63,984 nt of DNA, filler included, from Pirum gemmata (GCA_002812295.1; 27 parts of 27 records of this genome joined end to end with filler, not necessarily neighbours in it), one strand, 5' to 3'. Positions 10,100-22,437 are shown, counted from the whole stretch's first letter. Notes: generated by a model from the letters alone, not told the origin. A program made the numbers and translations.

Positions 10100-11776
10100 T
10101 TAATATTTTGATATCAAATGATGAACCCTGTTTCCTTCTCTTACAACATTAACATTAATGACGTCATTCTTCGAAAATCGGGGGTGTATGTGTACTAGTC
10201 GGTTTCCACATGTAAATTCTACTTTTTGTGTTTGATCGAGTTGGGTAACAAATTTGTTTAAAGAATAAATATTTTCTAATATAGTCTCTTTTTTCTTTTG
10301 TTGCCCATCATACTCAGTTGAAATTGTAAGGTTTTTAGTTGCATCACAATGAAACTGAGAATGGCCATCACTATGAAAAAAAGCGTCAGTTATTCTAGTA
10401 ACCAAGCCACGTCTATTCCATATCGACTCTACGATTAAACGGATGATAGCGGCCCCGGTCAAAATAAAAGCTGCACAAAGAGCACTGTAAAACACATTGT
10501 TTGATACTGATGTCATTTTGTGGACCCAATTATCAACTCCTAGTTGCGGGTTTGGAAGCGTTAATTTTCCCATAGTTATTTCAAATTCTAAATATTCTAA
10601 TACGGTAGAAAGTCTTCTGAAATCCTCATTATTACACATTGGTGCAAGTGCATATTTCTGGGTTACACCATTGAATTGAACTGCATTCGTTTCGCTGAAC
10701 GTATTAAAACCCCCGTAACTTTCGAAAACACAATCATTTGGGTAAAGTTTATGTCTGCACATCGGGCAATTTTTATGTTTTTCAAACCACGTTTTAAATA
10801 CACTCTCTAAAAATAAATGACCACATTTTGTTACAATAATGTCTTTCGGGTCAACATCGGCCAAGGATGTTAATGTAATAGCGCATTTTTCTGTTTTGTA
10901 AGATGCTTTTAAATCTTTAAGTAGAGTTTCTTTGTCAGCCTTTAAATTTCGGGCAACTTGTAATGATAATAATTTGTTTACAAAAGTATCCACATTAACA
11001 ACACCTTTACCTATTTCTTCTTGGATTCCTACTTTTAAAAGTTTACTACTTAAGGCACTAACAGCAATAGTTAAGATAGAAATAGCAGAAAACGACTTCA
11101 AAAATTTAGTCAAAGCGTTAAAAGTCGGTACTATTTTTTTTGGAACGTATATTCTTCTTCCTTTATATTCTAATACTTTATCTTCTGAGGAATAGTCAGC
11201 TTCGGCAAATTCCTTTAATAAAGTTCCATTTAAACCCAGTTTTTCTGCATCAAAATATACTCGCTTTTTACGTTGACGGGAAACCTTTATACTTTGTAAA
11301 TAAACTAAAAAATCCGCCATTCTTTGTTGAGCACCGTCTGAAAAAGTATCTGGAAGTGGTAAAGAGCCATTTAAAAGAGCTTGTTCCACCTCACTTACAT
11401 TGTGTTCAAGTGTAATAGGAAGCCCAGGACGTGGTACAAGTTTATTTGGGTTGTAAGCATTAAGTAAAAAATAAACTCTGTTGTTATCATACATAAGGCT
11501 TACGTCAACATATTTCATTTTGGTATGATATCTGTTATCATCATCGCTTGTATAAAACGTGTTTATCTCTTCCCCACAAGACCATTCTATGCGACCACTA
11601 TTATAAGGTACTCGATAAAAAGTGGTCATTTCGTTTCTTACAATAAGTTCTTTCCATTGTGGATTGTACTCAGTGTTAGTGTTGATTCTTAATCGTTGGT
11701 TATGATCGCATCTTTCATATGCATGAATAGGGTTTATTATTAACAACACACTGACTAAAATACCTAGCATTATCAT
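10100..11776 (-). CDS. Signal-peptide protein with two hydrophobic segments flanking a degenerate RING (SP-RING/U-box-like)
   Basis: 558-aa intronless ORF with N-terminal MIMLGILVSVLLIINPIHA and the finger CAIT..KCGHLFLESVFKTWFEKHKNCPMCR. Confidence 0.85.
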   Translation of the reverse strand: MIMLGILVSVLLIINPIHAYERCDHNQRLRINTNTEYNPQWKELIVRNEMTTFYRVPYNSGRIEWSCGEEINTFYTSDDDNRYHTKMKYVDVSLMYDNNRVYFLLNAYNPNKLVPRPGLPITLEHNVSEVEQALLNGSLPLPDTFSDGAQQRMADFLVYLQSIKVSRQRKKRVYFDAEKLGLNGTLLKEFAEADYSSEDKVLEYKGRRIYVPKKIVPTFNALTKFLKSFSAISILTIAVSALSSKLLKVGIQEEIGKGVVNVDTFVNKLLSLQVARNLKADKETLLKDLKASYKTEKCAITLTSLADVDPKDIIVTKCGHLFLESVFKTWFEKHKNCPMCRHKLYPNDCVFESYGGFNTFSETNAVQFNGVTQKYALAPMCNNEDFRRLSTVLEYLEFEITMGKLTLPNPQLGVDNWVHKMTSVSNNVFYSALCAAFILTGAAIIRLIVESIWNRRGLVTRITDAFFHSDGHSQFHCDATKNLTISTEYDGQQKKKETILENIYSLNKFVTQLDQTQKVEFTCGNRLVHIHPRFSKNDVINVNVVREGNRVHHLISKY

Positions 11777-12182
11777 TCAAACTATAATCTTCTATTGCAC
11801 ACTAGCTTTTATGATAAATAATTATATAAATATATTATTATAAAATAAAGAAATATTTTATTATTATTATTATTATTATTATTAAAAAAAGAATTAATTG
11901 TTGTTACTATTGTCAAATTTATAATTAAAAGGCACAATAATTATTTGTAATTGATAATAATTGATAATATTAATATTATTAATAATGTTAATTAATAATA
12001 TTATTAATATATTAATTATACTAATAATACTAATAATATAAATTAATATTATTTAATNNNNNNNNNNNNNNNNNNNNNNNNNNNNNNNNNNNNNNNNNNN
12101 NTTAATTAATTAANNNNNNNNNNNNNNNNNNNNNNNNNNNNNNNNNNNNNNNNNNNNTCATTATTGATTATTATTAATATTG

Positions 12183-12219
<37 letters not shown>

Positions 12220-12497
12220 TGATTATCTGCTGGGGGCTTATGCTAGACCTAGCTAGCTAGCTAGAAAGAAGAATATTATTATTGATAGTACAGTAAAGAG
12301 TATTATTATTATGATAGTACACTGATAGTACTTTGTAATTAATAATTATCTTGAAAAAAAAAATTCGAGCAAAAGATTTCTTGAAAAATAAAATTCCAAA
12401 ACATTCCAAATACTTCCAAAAATGTTACAGCAGATGTGCATTGTGCAACACTTGTGCAACGTTGAAATCAGCTGGTTGAAATTCACCCCAAGTAATA

Positions 12498-12705
12498 TAG
12501 TAGGGGTGAGATGACGTCATTTTATTATTACCGAACAGCTGCCGGAACTTTTCCGATTTTATGATTTTAACTTTATTTGGTTACTACTATAATTAAATTT
12601 ACTATTTTAAGCTACTTAACTGCTATTATTAGTAAACACGGAACTAAGGTTGGCTCGATAAGCATCTGTTCGAAAAAAGTTCCAGTAGACATCTCACCCC
12701 TACTA
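12498..12705. mobile_element. MITE family E (Tc1/mariner-like)
   Basis: 16-bp perfect TIR TAGTAGGGGTGAGATG / CATCTCACCCCTACTA. Body repeated at 37590-37733 and the end at 35554-35582. Confidence 0.75.
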
Positions 12706-13492
12706 GTAATATCCTGTTCAAAAAATAAAAATAAAATAAAAAAAAATAAAAAAAAATAAGATAAGAGTTCTTTCTCAGCAGGTTCCTCCTTTGTGGTGTG
12801 ATAGAAAGGAACAATAAAGGACGTCACCAGCTACGTCACCTATCTTGCCCATGCCTCTTTGTCTTTGCCCAAAACACTTTTGGTCATGATTTTAAAGTTA
12901 ATTTTTTAATAATTAATTAATTACTGCCCTAAAACAGTTTAAGTCACACTTCCGAGCAATGATTTCTATCAAAGAATAAGTGACGGTTAGGGTTTAATAG
13001 GGTTAGGGTTAGGGTTAGGGATGTTCCTGTAGACTATCACCTCCTATACCTAGACCACCTCTACCTAGCTAGACTACTAGAGTAGACTACCTAGCTGTAG
13101 ACTTACAAAGGCTAGACTAGCTAGTAGCTAGCTATGCATACAAGTGAGGGCTCGCTCTTACAGCGCTCTTACGGCCAAGTTACGGGTNNNNNNNNNNNNN
13201 NNNNNNNNNNNNNNNNNNCCCCCCCGGTCTACTGATATGATAAATGGATAGCCCCAGTCTAGAGACTACTAGCTAGTTGATTGAGACTCTTGAGACTCTT
13301 TGAGACTTGTGCTTTTCATTTCCTGTGCTATGACTATGATAGCTAAGGTACTATTTAACCGGAAATTAACGTCGAGGGGTAGGTAGGTAGGGGTATTTGA
13401 AGCTGTAGCATTATGTAGTATTTGAACGGTTTTACATAATATTATTATTATGATACAAGTAGTAGTAGCTACTATGGACCCTCTAGGGCTAT

Positions 13493-13663
13493 GGTTTTGT
13501 CCTGATAATATATACAATAAAAAATACCAAATTAATACAATATAAATCCATTTCATTTTATTTGGTATATTTTATTATATATTTATTAATTTAAAAACAT
13601 CAATTTAAATATTATAAGCAACCAAATAAATATTCAGAGTGACAAAATAAATGAAAAGCACAA
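13493..13663 (+). mobile_element. MITE family A copy
   Basis: Ends TGACAAAATAAATGAAAAGCAC-AA-TA. Confidence 0.8.
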
Positions 13664-13737
13664 TAATCTAATCACGATTCATACAGGTCTATCATTAAAT
13701 TTAGACCCCCCCCAGGTATCGTTCGAGGTATCGTTAG

Positions 13738-13870
13738 GGGAGCGTTCAAATAGAGTGTTCAAATACTACCTACGTAACGCCAATTTCCGGTCAAATACAG
13801 CTTCAAATACCCCTACCTACCTACCCCTCGACGTTAATTTCCGGTCAAATAGCACCTACCTACCTACCCT
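13738..13870 (+). mobile_element. MITE family B (PIF/Harbinger-like), partial
   Basis: Starts GGGAGCGTTCAAATA with internal CCCCTACCTACCTACC repeats. Related copies at 6344-6390, 13350-13427, 36031-36300, 42400-42511. Confidence 0.7.
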
Positions 13871-14057
13871 AGTTAGCATTAGTTATTTTCTAAAAAGATG
13901 TCAAGAAAAAAAAATAGATTAGATTTAGTTTAGCTAGCTACTCTAGCTAGCTAGCTAGCTTAGTGTGCAGCTAAAAAGTGCTAAAAATGACCTTCTCTAG
14001 CTAGCTAGCTACAGTAGCTTTTAGTATTCTAGATTTACTGATTTTATAGTCTAATAA

Positions 14058-14109
14058 GGGAGCGTTCAATAATTACGTAACGCCGATTTGGGACAAAAAC
14101 CTACCCTAC
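14058..14109 (+). mobile_element. MITE family B subfamily terminus
   Basis: TAA-GGGAGCGTTCAATAATTACGTAACGCCGATTTGGGACAAAAACCTACCC. Its reverse complement ends at 18488, followed by TTA. Confidence 0.7.
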
Positions 14110-14213
14110 NNNNNNNNNNNNNNNNNNNNNNNNNNNNNNNNNNNNNNNNNNNNTTAATTAATTAANNNNNNNNNNNNNNNNNNNNNNNNNNNNNNNNNNN
14201 NNNNNNNNNCAAC

Positions 14214-14258
<45 letters not shown>

Positions 14259-15062
14259 TTAGTTATCATCTACAGCACTTATTACCCATTGATAAGGAGG
14301 ATTATTTACACTACAACCAGTATCAAACTTTACAGAACCATTTTTAAACTTGAGGCAAGTTTTCTTAGAAATTGGAGTAATGGAAGAATTTGTGGAATCG
14401 TTTTTTGTTGTTTCCATTAAAATATTAGAATCTGGAATATTTTGTAAACATTTTTCAATGTCATTGTATATTTTGTACTTATTACTATTCTCTGTTGTAA
14501 AAGCCATACAGTAATAAAGATCCTTTGATTCCCTGTAGTTTATCCAAACTTTCGCTGTTCTTTTTGGGATTGTAGGGATTTTATTTCTATTATTGAAGTT
14601 TCTTCCTATTGTAATAATAATAATAATAATAATATTAATAAAGGGTTAGGGATTTTCTGCTCTGTTCCAATCAAAAAAATTAAAAATTAAAACATATTCT
14701 TTTCTTATAATTATACGTAATTATTAATACAATAAGGGTATTGTTAAAATGCTTATAATTAATAAATAAGTTTACGGTTTAAATTTAAAAAGGAGTGAGA
14801 GATTAAGGGTTAGGGATTAAGGGATTAAGGGTTAGGGTTAGGGTTAGGGTTAGGGTTATTTAACTACCTTCAAGAAAATCAAAATGACATTGCTGCCAAA
14901 TTGCAGTCGGATCCGAACTATTCTTCACCGTACGCAACCTTATTCCATTATTACCGTAATTCATAGCTAGAAATCCTTTATTTTCTTGGGACATGAATGT
15001 GTAACTAGAATCACTGCAGTCCATAGTGATAGAAGTGTTTGTGTTTCCTGGGTTGTTCTGTG

Positions 15063-15120
<58 letters not shown>

Positions 15121-16144
15121 GAATAACAATAACAATAATAATAATAATAATAATGAAAATAAGACCTAACCCTAATCTAAATAATAAGGTTTCTTTTATC
15201 TTTTCATACTTTTTTAATAATAATAATAATAATAATAATAACGGTAAAAAGAATACGAATAACAATAATAATATGACAAAGATAATAATGTTCACAGTAA
15301 TACAAAGATAATAATGTACACAACAATAAACAATACAAAAAAAAGTGCTCTTTGAAGGTATACATTTCCTTACCTTTTCGAATGTGTTGAGTTCCTCAGT
15401 TAAAATTGTTTCTTCCTGACTAAATTTATTTAAGCTATCGTCACTCCACCACGAAAAAAAATATCCTTTTGTCTTAGTCATAAACGTTCTATCATTAATA
15501 TCTAACTCACCTTCCCAATACTCAAAATGATATTTCAAAAAGTTCAGTCTTTTCTTTTTATTTTCGATTAATCTTTCTAATACGTAGTATTGTCTCGATT
15601 GTAAATCTTCAACTTTTGATAATCTGAGTTCAAATTTAGCGATATCGCTCCTAATATTGTTCGTAGTGAGTTCATACAGAAGCGTGTTTACTCTTTTTAC
15701 TTTAAGAGAATCCCTAGGCGAAAAGTTGCAATATGCAATGGTTAGTAATATTAATAGTAAAAGAAGTAGCAATAGTAATGGTAACAGTAAGAGTAATTGG
15801 AATGGTAGTAGAAATAGTAATAATAATAATAATAGGAATAATGATAGTAATAGTGATAGTAATAGTAATAATAATAGTAATAGTAATAGTGATAGTAATA
15901 GTAATAATAATAGTATTAGTATAGTAATGGTAATATTATATAACTATTTACTTCTCTAATAATTCTTCTAAGTATTTTTGGTATGCTAAGTAGTCTTCTC
16001 CCCTTTTTTCTGCATCCATAACAACACCATCTGCTTCTTCGATTAATTCGGATAATTTTTGTAGTTCTGCTTTTTCTTTATACAGTTCCTCTATTATTTG
16101 ATTTTCCTCCCCAATACAAGTTGTCTGTACTTGTGTTTTTATAA
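14259..16144 (-). CDS. Multi-exon gene (5' partial): coiled-coil region plus C-terminal ricin-B/beta-trefoil lectin-like domain
   Basis: Exons 16144-15952, 15713-15374, 15057-14868, 14605-14259 splice GT-AG in phase (2,0,1) into one frame. The C-terminus has paired Cys and ends GCSVNNPPYQWVI. Confidence 0.75.
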
Positions 16145-16964
16145 CTATATATATATAAATAGTATTAAAACATTATNNNNNNNNNNNNNNNNNNNNNNNN
16201 NNNNNNNNNNNNNNNNNNNNTTAATTAATTAANNNNNNNNNNNNNNNNNNNNNNNNNNNNNNNNNNNNNNNNNNNNATAATATTATAATTAATATTATAT
16301 TGTCAATAAATAACGTTAATTAATTAAGTTGTTTCCGTTGTTTTTAAAAGTAATACTGTACTGTTGCTGTTACTGTTGTTTGTAGTTGCAATTGTAGTTG
16401 TAGTTATTGTTATTGATCGATGTTGTACTAGCTGGTGGTGGTGGGGGTAGTAATAGTACTAGCTAGTACTATAGTAGTGATGGTCGTGGTCGTGGTCACG
16501 GTAGTAGTATATATATCACTGCTAGTTATTATAGTATTAATAGTATTAATAGCTATAGACCTAGCTATAGGCGTGGCTGTTCTAGCTAAAGGAGTAGACT
16601 ATATACGAGTCCACTTATAATCAGTTACATGTACTATCATAATAATTAAAATATATAACTAGATTATTAATAATAGAATTTTTTACAACGGTACGGTTTG
16701 TTTTAATTAGATTTGTACAACGTAAACATTTAAATTTACTTTTTATATAATAATACGTATTAATAATATTAATATATATATATATTAATAATACTTGTGA
16801 GTTTACTTAACTCTATGTCGATGATTGCCGATAATACGTGTTAGTTTAATATTTACTGGCTGCATATTTTTGAATTTGCCGTAAATAACATGCCCAGTTT
16901 GCAACTACCATTTTCAATATTTCAATTAACAATCAGTTATTCGTGTATACCGCGGTATTATATC

Positions 16965-17131
16965 ACAGTTGTCCTCTCAATCTTTATTAACATGACACTG
17001 TTTAAGAGTTTATATATAAAATACGACATTAAATATAAATTACTAAATTAATTAAAACATGTCTGATAGTTTGACCATAATTAATTAAAATTTGGCACGC
17101 TTATTTCAGTTTTTGAACTGGACAACACTAT
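16965..17131. repeat. Dispersed repeat family C (MITE-like)
   Basis: AGTTGTCCTCTC..CTGTTTAAG..AATTAAAACATGTCTGAT..TTTTTGAACTGGACA shared with 36520-36653 and 37087-37165. Confidence 0.6.
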
Positions 17132-17315
17132 TGAAATAATTTCTACTAGTCTAGACTAGACTAGTTAGTATCTGATAGTAACTGTTTATGATAACAGTAG
17201 TATTCAGCAGTAGTAGTCTATTATCACTGTACCAGCTACTAGCTAGAGGGTCTAGACTAGTCTGTCGTTGCTTCTGGGTGTCTAGTTGCTTGTATCTTGC
17301 TTGTAGTCTATCATC

Positions 17316-17719
17316 CTTTTCATTTATTTAATCACTCTTGAATATTTATTTGGAGGGTTATAATATTTAAATCGACATTTTTAAATAAATACATAAATAA
17401 TAAAATATACCAAATTAAATTAAAAAGATTTATATTGTATTAATTTGGTACTATTTATTGCTTATTTTATGATGTCAAAACAACTTAGTAGTCTAGTCTA
17501 GCTACTAGTCTACTAGCTAGACTAGCTAGAGTCTAGCTACAGCTAGCTACTACTAGCTAGCTAGTAGCAGTCTAAAGAATACCAAATTAATACAACACTA
17601 ATCCATTTCATTTTACTTGGTATATTTTATTATCTATTTATTCATTTAAAAAATGTCAATTCAAATACTATAACCAACCAAATAAATATTCAGAGTGGCA
17701 AAATAAATGAAAAGCACAG
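17316..17719. mobile_element. Two oppositely oriented MITE family A copies (17316-17485 minus, 17580-17719 plus)
   Basis: Both match the family A body, separated by a CTAG-rich tract. Confidence 0.8.
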
Positions 17720-18365
17720 TAGCTAGACTACTAGCTAGACCTAATCGATTTTACAAAATCTCCCAAAAGCCTTCAGCCTTCTTGAAGAGTGCGAGCGCAG
17801 TGCTTGAAAGTTGAAGTCTAGACTATTATTATGATAGTCTAGCTAGCTAGCTCATAATAATAATAATATTATAATATTATTAGAAAAGGGGCGGGGCTAC
17901 CATAGCTTATTATCATATTTATTATAGTAAAATAAATGACTGTTGTATGAGGTGTTGTATGGTATATATTTAACTTGATTGAAATACTAAAATGAAATAT
18001 ATAAAAATTTAATATACAATTTACTTAATATTATTAAATTTTTACTTATAATTTGTAAAACAAAATTACCTATCAGTGTAAAATTACACGATAATATATT
18101 TTCTTGGTTTATTTTTAATTTTTTTTTTATTAAACTGCTTTTGTCATTTTTATCAATTTTTTTAACCATCCATTTTTATGATTATTATCATAAAATTATT
18201 TTGTCATAGGTATTAATTATTATTTTATTTTACAAAATTTATTTAATATGGTCATATTATTATTANNNNNNNNNNNNNNNNNNNNNNNNNNNNNNNNNNN
18301 NNNNNNNNNTTAATTAATTAANNNNNNNNNNNNNNNNNNNNNNNNNNNNNNNNNNNNNNNNNNNN

Positions 18366-18488
18366 TTTTTCCAAATCGTTACGTCACAAAGGGGGGGTGG
18401 TCCTTCTCAAAAGTGACAGATTGTGACGCTGGGGGGGGTGGGTAGGTTTTTGTCCCAAATCGGCGTTACGTAATTATTGAACGCTCCC
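18366..18488 (-). mobile_element. MITE family B subfamily copy (truncated at scaffold end)
   Basis: Ends GCGTTACGTAATTATTGAACGCTCCC-TTA. Confidence 0.7.
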
Positions 18489-20197
18489 TTAGAAAAAAAT
18501 AAAATAATAGTCAATAATATAATATGAAAATGATATGATGTAAATCCAAAATCGAAATGCAAAATAATAAAATGGGTTATCAAAACAGTAATAATATTGA
18601 TAATAACATTAACAATAACTAAGTAAGAATAATATGTATGTAATACTTCTAGCTATAGTCCAAACAAAATAATACTGCGAGGTTATATCAAAAACAGTAA
18701 TAATATTATTTTAATAATAACAATAACGATAATTGAGACCAAGGAATATTATTGATATTGAACACAATTATTTGCTCTAGGGTGTTTGCTTGAACTTGGT
18801 TAGATAACGTAGATTGCTGTTAAAACTTTTTGGTAGGAGCAATTCGCACTGCCACACCACTAGTAATAGTAGTACTACCACAGCGTTAGTTCTCATGGTC
18901 AATGTCAATTAATGGTGTTATCATTTATAAAGTATGATAGAATAATGAGTGAATAATGGTGCTGTTATAAAGAATTATATATTATTATATATTATATATA
19001 ATAATATTTCTAATGAAATAAGAATACAAATAATTTATAGATTCATAAGTCTAGCTAGATTCGATAAACACTAAGGTAATTAGTTTAACTACAGGTAAGT
19101 TAGCTTCTTATATAAAAGTAGACTTAGAACGGGATCAGATACTAGCTAGCTACTACTATATCTCATCACTGCATCACACTGATATGATAGCTGCTACTAG
19201 CTAGCTATGCTGCCTATGCATAGTAGAGTCTAAGTAGACTGTAGACAAAGAGTAGACAAAGTAGAGTAAAAGAGTAAAAGACTACTAGATCACTGTAGGA
19301 GATTGATTACAAATTCAGATTACAAATTGCAAGAAATTCTTGAAATCTAGTTGCACTAGTTGTTGCACTAGTAGTCTTCTTGGTATGAATCCGTATGATA
19401 GCAAAACAATACACTTTTTTAAAAAAACAGTACCAAATTAAAGATTACTATATTATGATACATTCAATGAAATAGATGATATTGATATTATATCGATTCT
19501 ATTATATCGATTATAATAGCTAGGATTACTCTCTAATACTCAGAGGACCACAAAAAATCTATTAATATTCTATAGACACTTTATATAGACTAGCTCTAGC
19601 TAGGATTACTCAGAGGATCGATATCACTAGCTAGACTACAACACACACAACGCTCTCCACACAACCAGGCGAACTATCATAGAAGTTAGAACTACAAACA
19701 TTTGTAGTTCTCATAGATTCTCATGCTGCAGGCTCGTTGTAGAACTCATAGACTAGACTAGCTATGATAGTAGTAGACTCTAGCTAGAGCTAGCTAGGGT
19801 CTGGAGCAAGCTATCATAGACTATCCCCCCTTACGCAGCTAGAGAAATTGCGTCTCCTGTTAGTAGTAGAACGCTGTAGAACGCTGTGGTCTGCATTGTA
19901 TCGATATATGATATATTATGTTATTTATTAGAACTTTAAATTTATATATATATAATGTTATATTATAGTGCAGTGATAAAGTAGTGATAAGTATAAAAAA
20001 CAATAAAAATATATTTATAAGTTATAGTCTAAGTTATAATATAACCAGTGCCAAAGTCATTCTTGGAAGTTGGAAATCCGCGTTATCAATATTTTACTGT
20101 AATACTCATAGACCTAATAGACTAATAATAATAATAATCATATCGATACATATGATATTATATCTGATATCGATATCATAGGATATGATATAGACTA

Positions 20198-20342
20198 GTG
20201 CTTTTCAGTTGTTTTGTCATTATGGAATATATAATAAATAGTACCAAATAAATACAATATAAATCCATTTACTATATTTTGGTATATTTTATTATCTATT
20301 TATTGGTTTAAAAATGTCAATTTAAATATTATAACCCTCCAA
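20198..20342 (+). mobile_element. MITE family A copy (truncated)
   Basis: Starts GTGCTTTTCAGTTGTTTTGTCAT. Confidence 0.8.
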
Positions 20343-20957
20343 AAGCTAGCTAGANNNNNNNNNNNNNNNNNNNNNNNNNNNNNNNNNNNNNNNNNNNNTT
20401 AATTAATTAANNNNNNNNNNNNNNNNNNNNNNNNNNNNNNNNNNNNNNNNNNNNAGAAATGCATACATTAATAGAAACTTTACAGGTTTTTGTCTATACT
20501 AAATATCATTATTATCATTATCATTTCAATTATAATCATTTCAATTATAATCATTTCAATTATTATTATTATTGTTATTGTTATTATATTTACAGTTAGA
20601 TCGAGTAATTTTAGTTGGGGGTTTTGATCGGTTTCGAGTCCAAACCCAAATTACTCGATCGATTTGTAAAATCAAACAAATAATAGAATAATATGATTCG
20701 GAACCTTTTTTTACATCGATCCAATCCGACTCGAAAAATATAAAGCCGAGTTTAAAGTGATGTTACTGTATATGGAAAAGTCAGCTTTGCCAAATGTAAA
20801 TCGAACATATAAAAAACATAATAAAAATATCGAACATATATAAAATATAGTAAAATAATCGAACATAAAAAAAAAGGAAAAAAATCGAATATAATATATA
20901 TATGTAAATTTTTTTCAAAGACATTTTTTTGATTTGCTTATAGTGATAAAACTTCTA

Positions 20958-21120
20958 GTGCTTTTTAGTTGTTTTGTCGTCATAAAATAAGTAATAAATA
21001 GTACCAAATAAATACAAAAAAAATCCATTTTATTTTATTTGGTATTTTTTAATATATATAAATTAATTTAAAAGTATCAATTTAAATATTATAACCCTCC
21101 AAATAAATATTCAGAGTGAC
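20958..21120 (+). mobile_element. MITE family A copy
   Basis: GTGCTTTTTAGTTGTTTTGTCGTCATAAAATA...CAGAGTGAC. Confidence 0.8.
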
Positions 21121-21204
21121 GAATTTTTTTGATTAGTCAATTAACAGAATTTGGGATTGGTGGCAATTTCAGCCAGTTGAGGTTTAGCACATCCAAAATT
21201 TTTT

Positions 21205-21541
21205 TAACCCTAACCCTAACCCTAACCCTAACCCTAACCCTAACCCTAACCCTAACCCTAACCCTAACCCTAACCCTAACCCTAACCCTAACCCTAACCC
21301 TAACCNNNNNNNNNNNNNNNNNNNNNNNNNNNNNNNNNNNNNNNNNNNNNNNNNNNNNNNNNNNNNNNNNNNNNNNNNNNNNNNNNNNNNNNNNNNNNNN
21401 NNNNNNNNNNNNNNNNNNNNNNNNNNNNNNNCTAACCCTAACCCTAACCCTAACCCTAACCCTAACCCTAACCCTAACCCTAACCCTAACCCTAACCCTA
21501 ACCCTAACCCTAACCCTAACCCTAACCCTAACCCTAACCCC
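21205..21541 (-). repeat. (CCCTAA)n array with an internal gap
   Basis: Direct inspection. Confidence 0.95.
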
Positions 21542-21975
21542 AATTTCAGTTATTTTGACATAATAATATATATTATAATACATCATTAAAAGAATTAAAC
21601 ACTCAAATTTTAACGTCTATAACAACAATAACAATAACAAAACAACAACAATACAACAACAACAACAACAACAATAACAACAATAACAATAACAATAACA
21701 ATAACAATAATACAACTACAATAACAACAATACAATTGCAATACAGCAATACAATAATAAAGATTACCAAATTGAATAATATTATTATATAAAATAATAA
21801 ATTTGGTATATATTATTATCTATTTATTTAATTAAAAATTTCAGTTTAATTAAAAGGTTATAACCCACCAAATAAATACTCAGAGTGATAAAATATTTGA
21901 AAAACAACAATAGTTATTATATAAATTATATTATTAATTAATATAATGATGAAATAAAAATGTTAGAGCCATGTT

Positions 21976-22250
21976 TAGGGTTAGGGTTAGGGTTAGGGTT
22001 AGTAGGATTAGGGTTAAGGTTAGGGTTAGGGTTTGGAGTTGGGGTTAGGGTTAGGGTTAGGGCTAGTAGGGTTAGGGTTAGGGTTAAGGTTAGGGTTAGG
22101 GTTAGGGTTATGGCTAGTAGGATTAGGGTTAGGGTTAAGGTTAGGGTTAAGGTTAGGGTTAGGGTTAGGGTTAGTAGGGTCAGGGTTAGGGTTAAGGTTA
22201 GGGTTAGGGTTAGGAGTTAGGGTTAGGGTTAGGAGTTAGGGTTAGGGTTA
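21976..22250 (+). repeat. (TTAGGG)n array with variants
   Basis: Direct inspection. Confidence 0.95.
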
Positions 22251-22297
22251 ATTTTTTTATAATTATAATTAGTAGTAGTAGTAGTAGTATTAATATA

Positions 22298-22437
22298 GTG
22301 CTTATCAGTTGTTTTGTCATTATAAAATATACAATAAATGATACCAAAAATTAATACAATATAAATCCATTTTATTTAATTTGGTATAATTTTATTATAT
22401 ATTTATTTATTTAAAAGTGTCAATTTAAATATTATAA
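22298..22437 (+). mobile_element. MITE family A copy (truncated by scaffold end)
   Basis: TA-TA-GTGCTTATCAGTTGTTTTGTCAT followed by the family body. Confidence 0.8.

Noticed and set aside
15011..15772. 253-aa ORF with an apparent signal peptide and TM helices
   Set aside because: The hydrophobic ends are intronic (TTA)n tracts. Only 15713-15374 is exonic in the spliced model.
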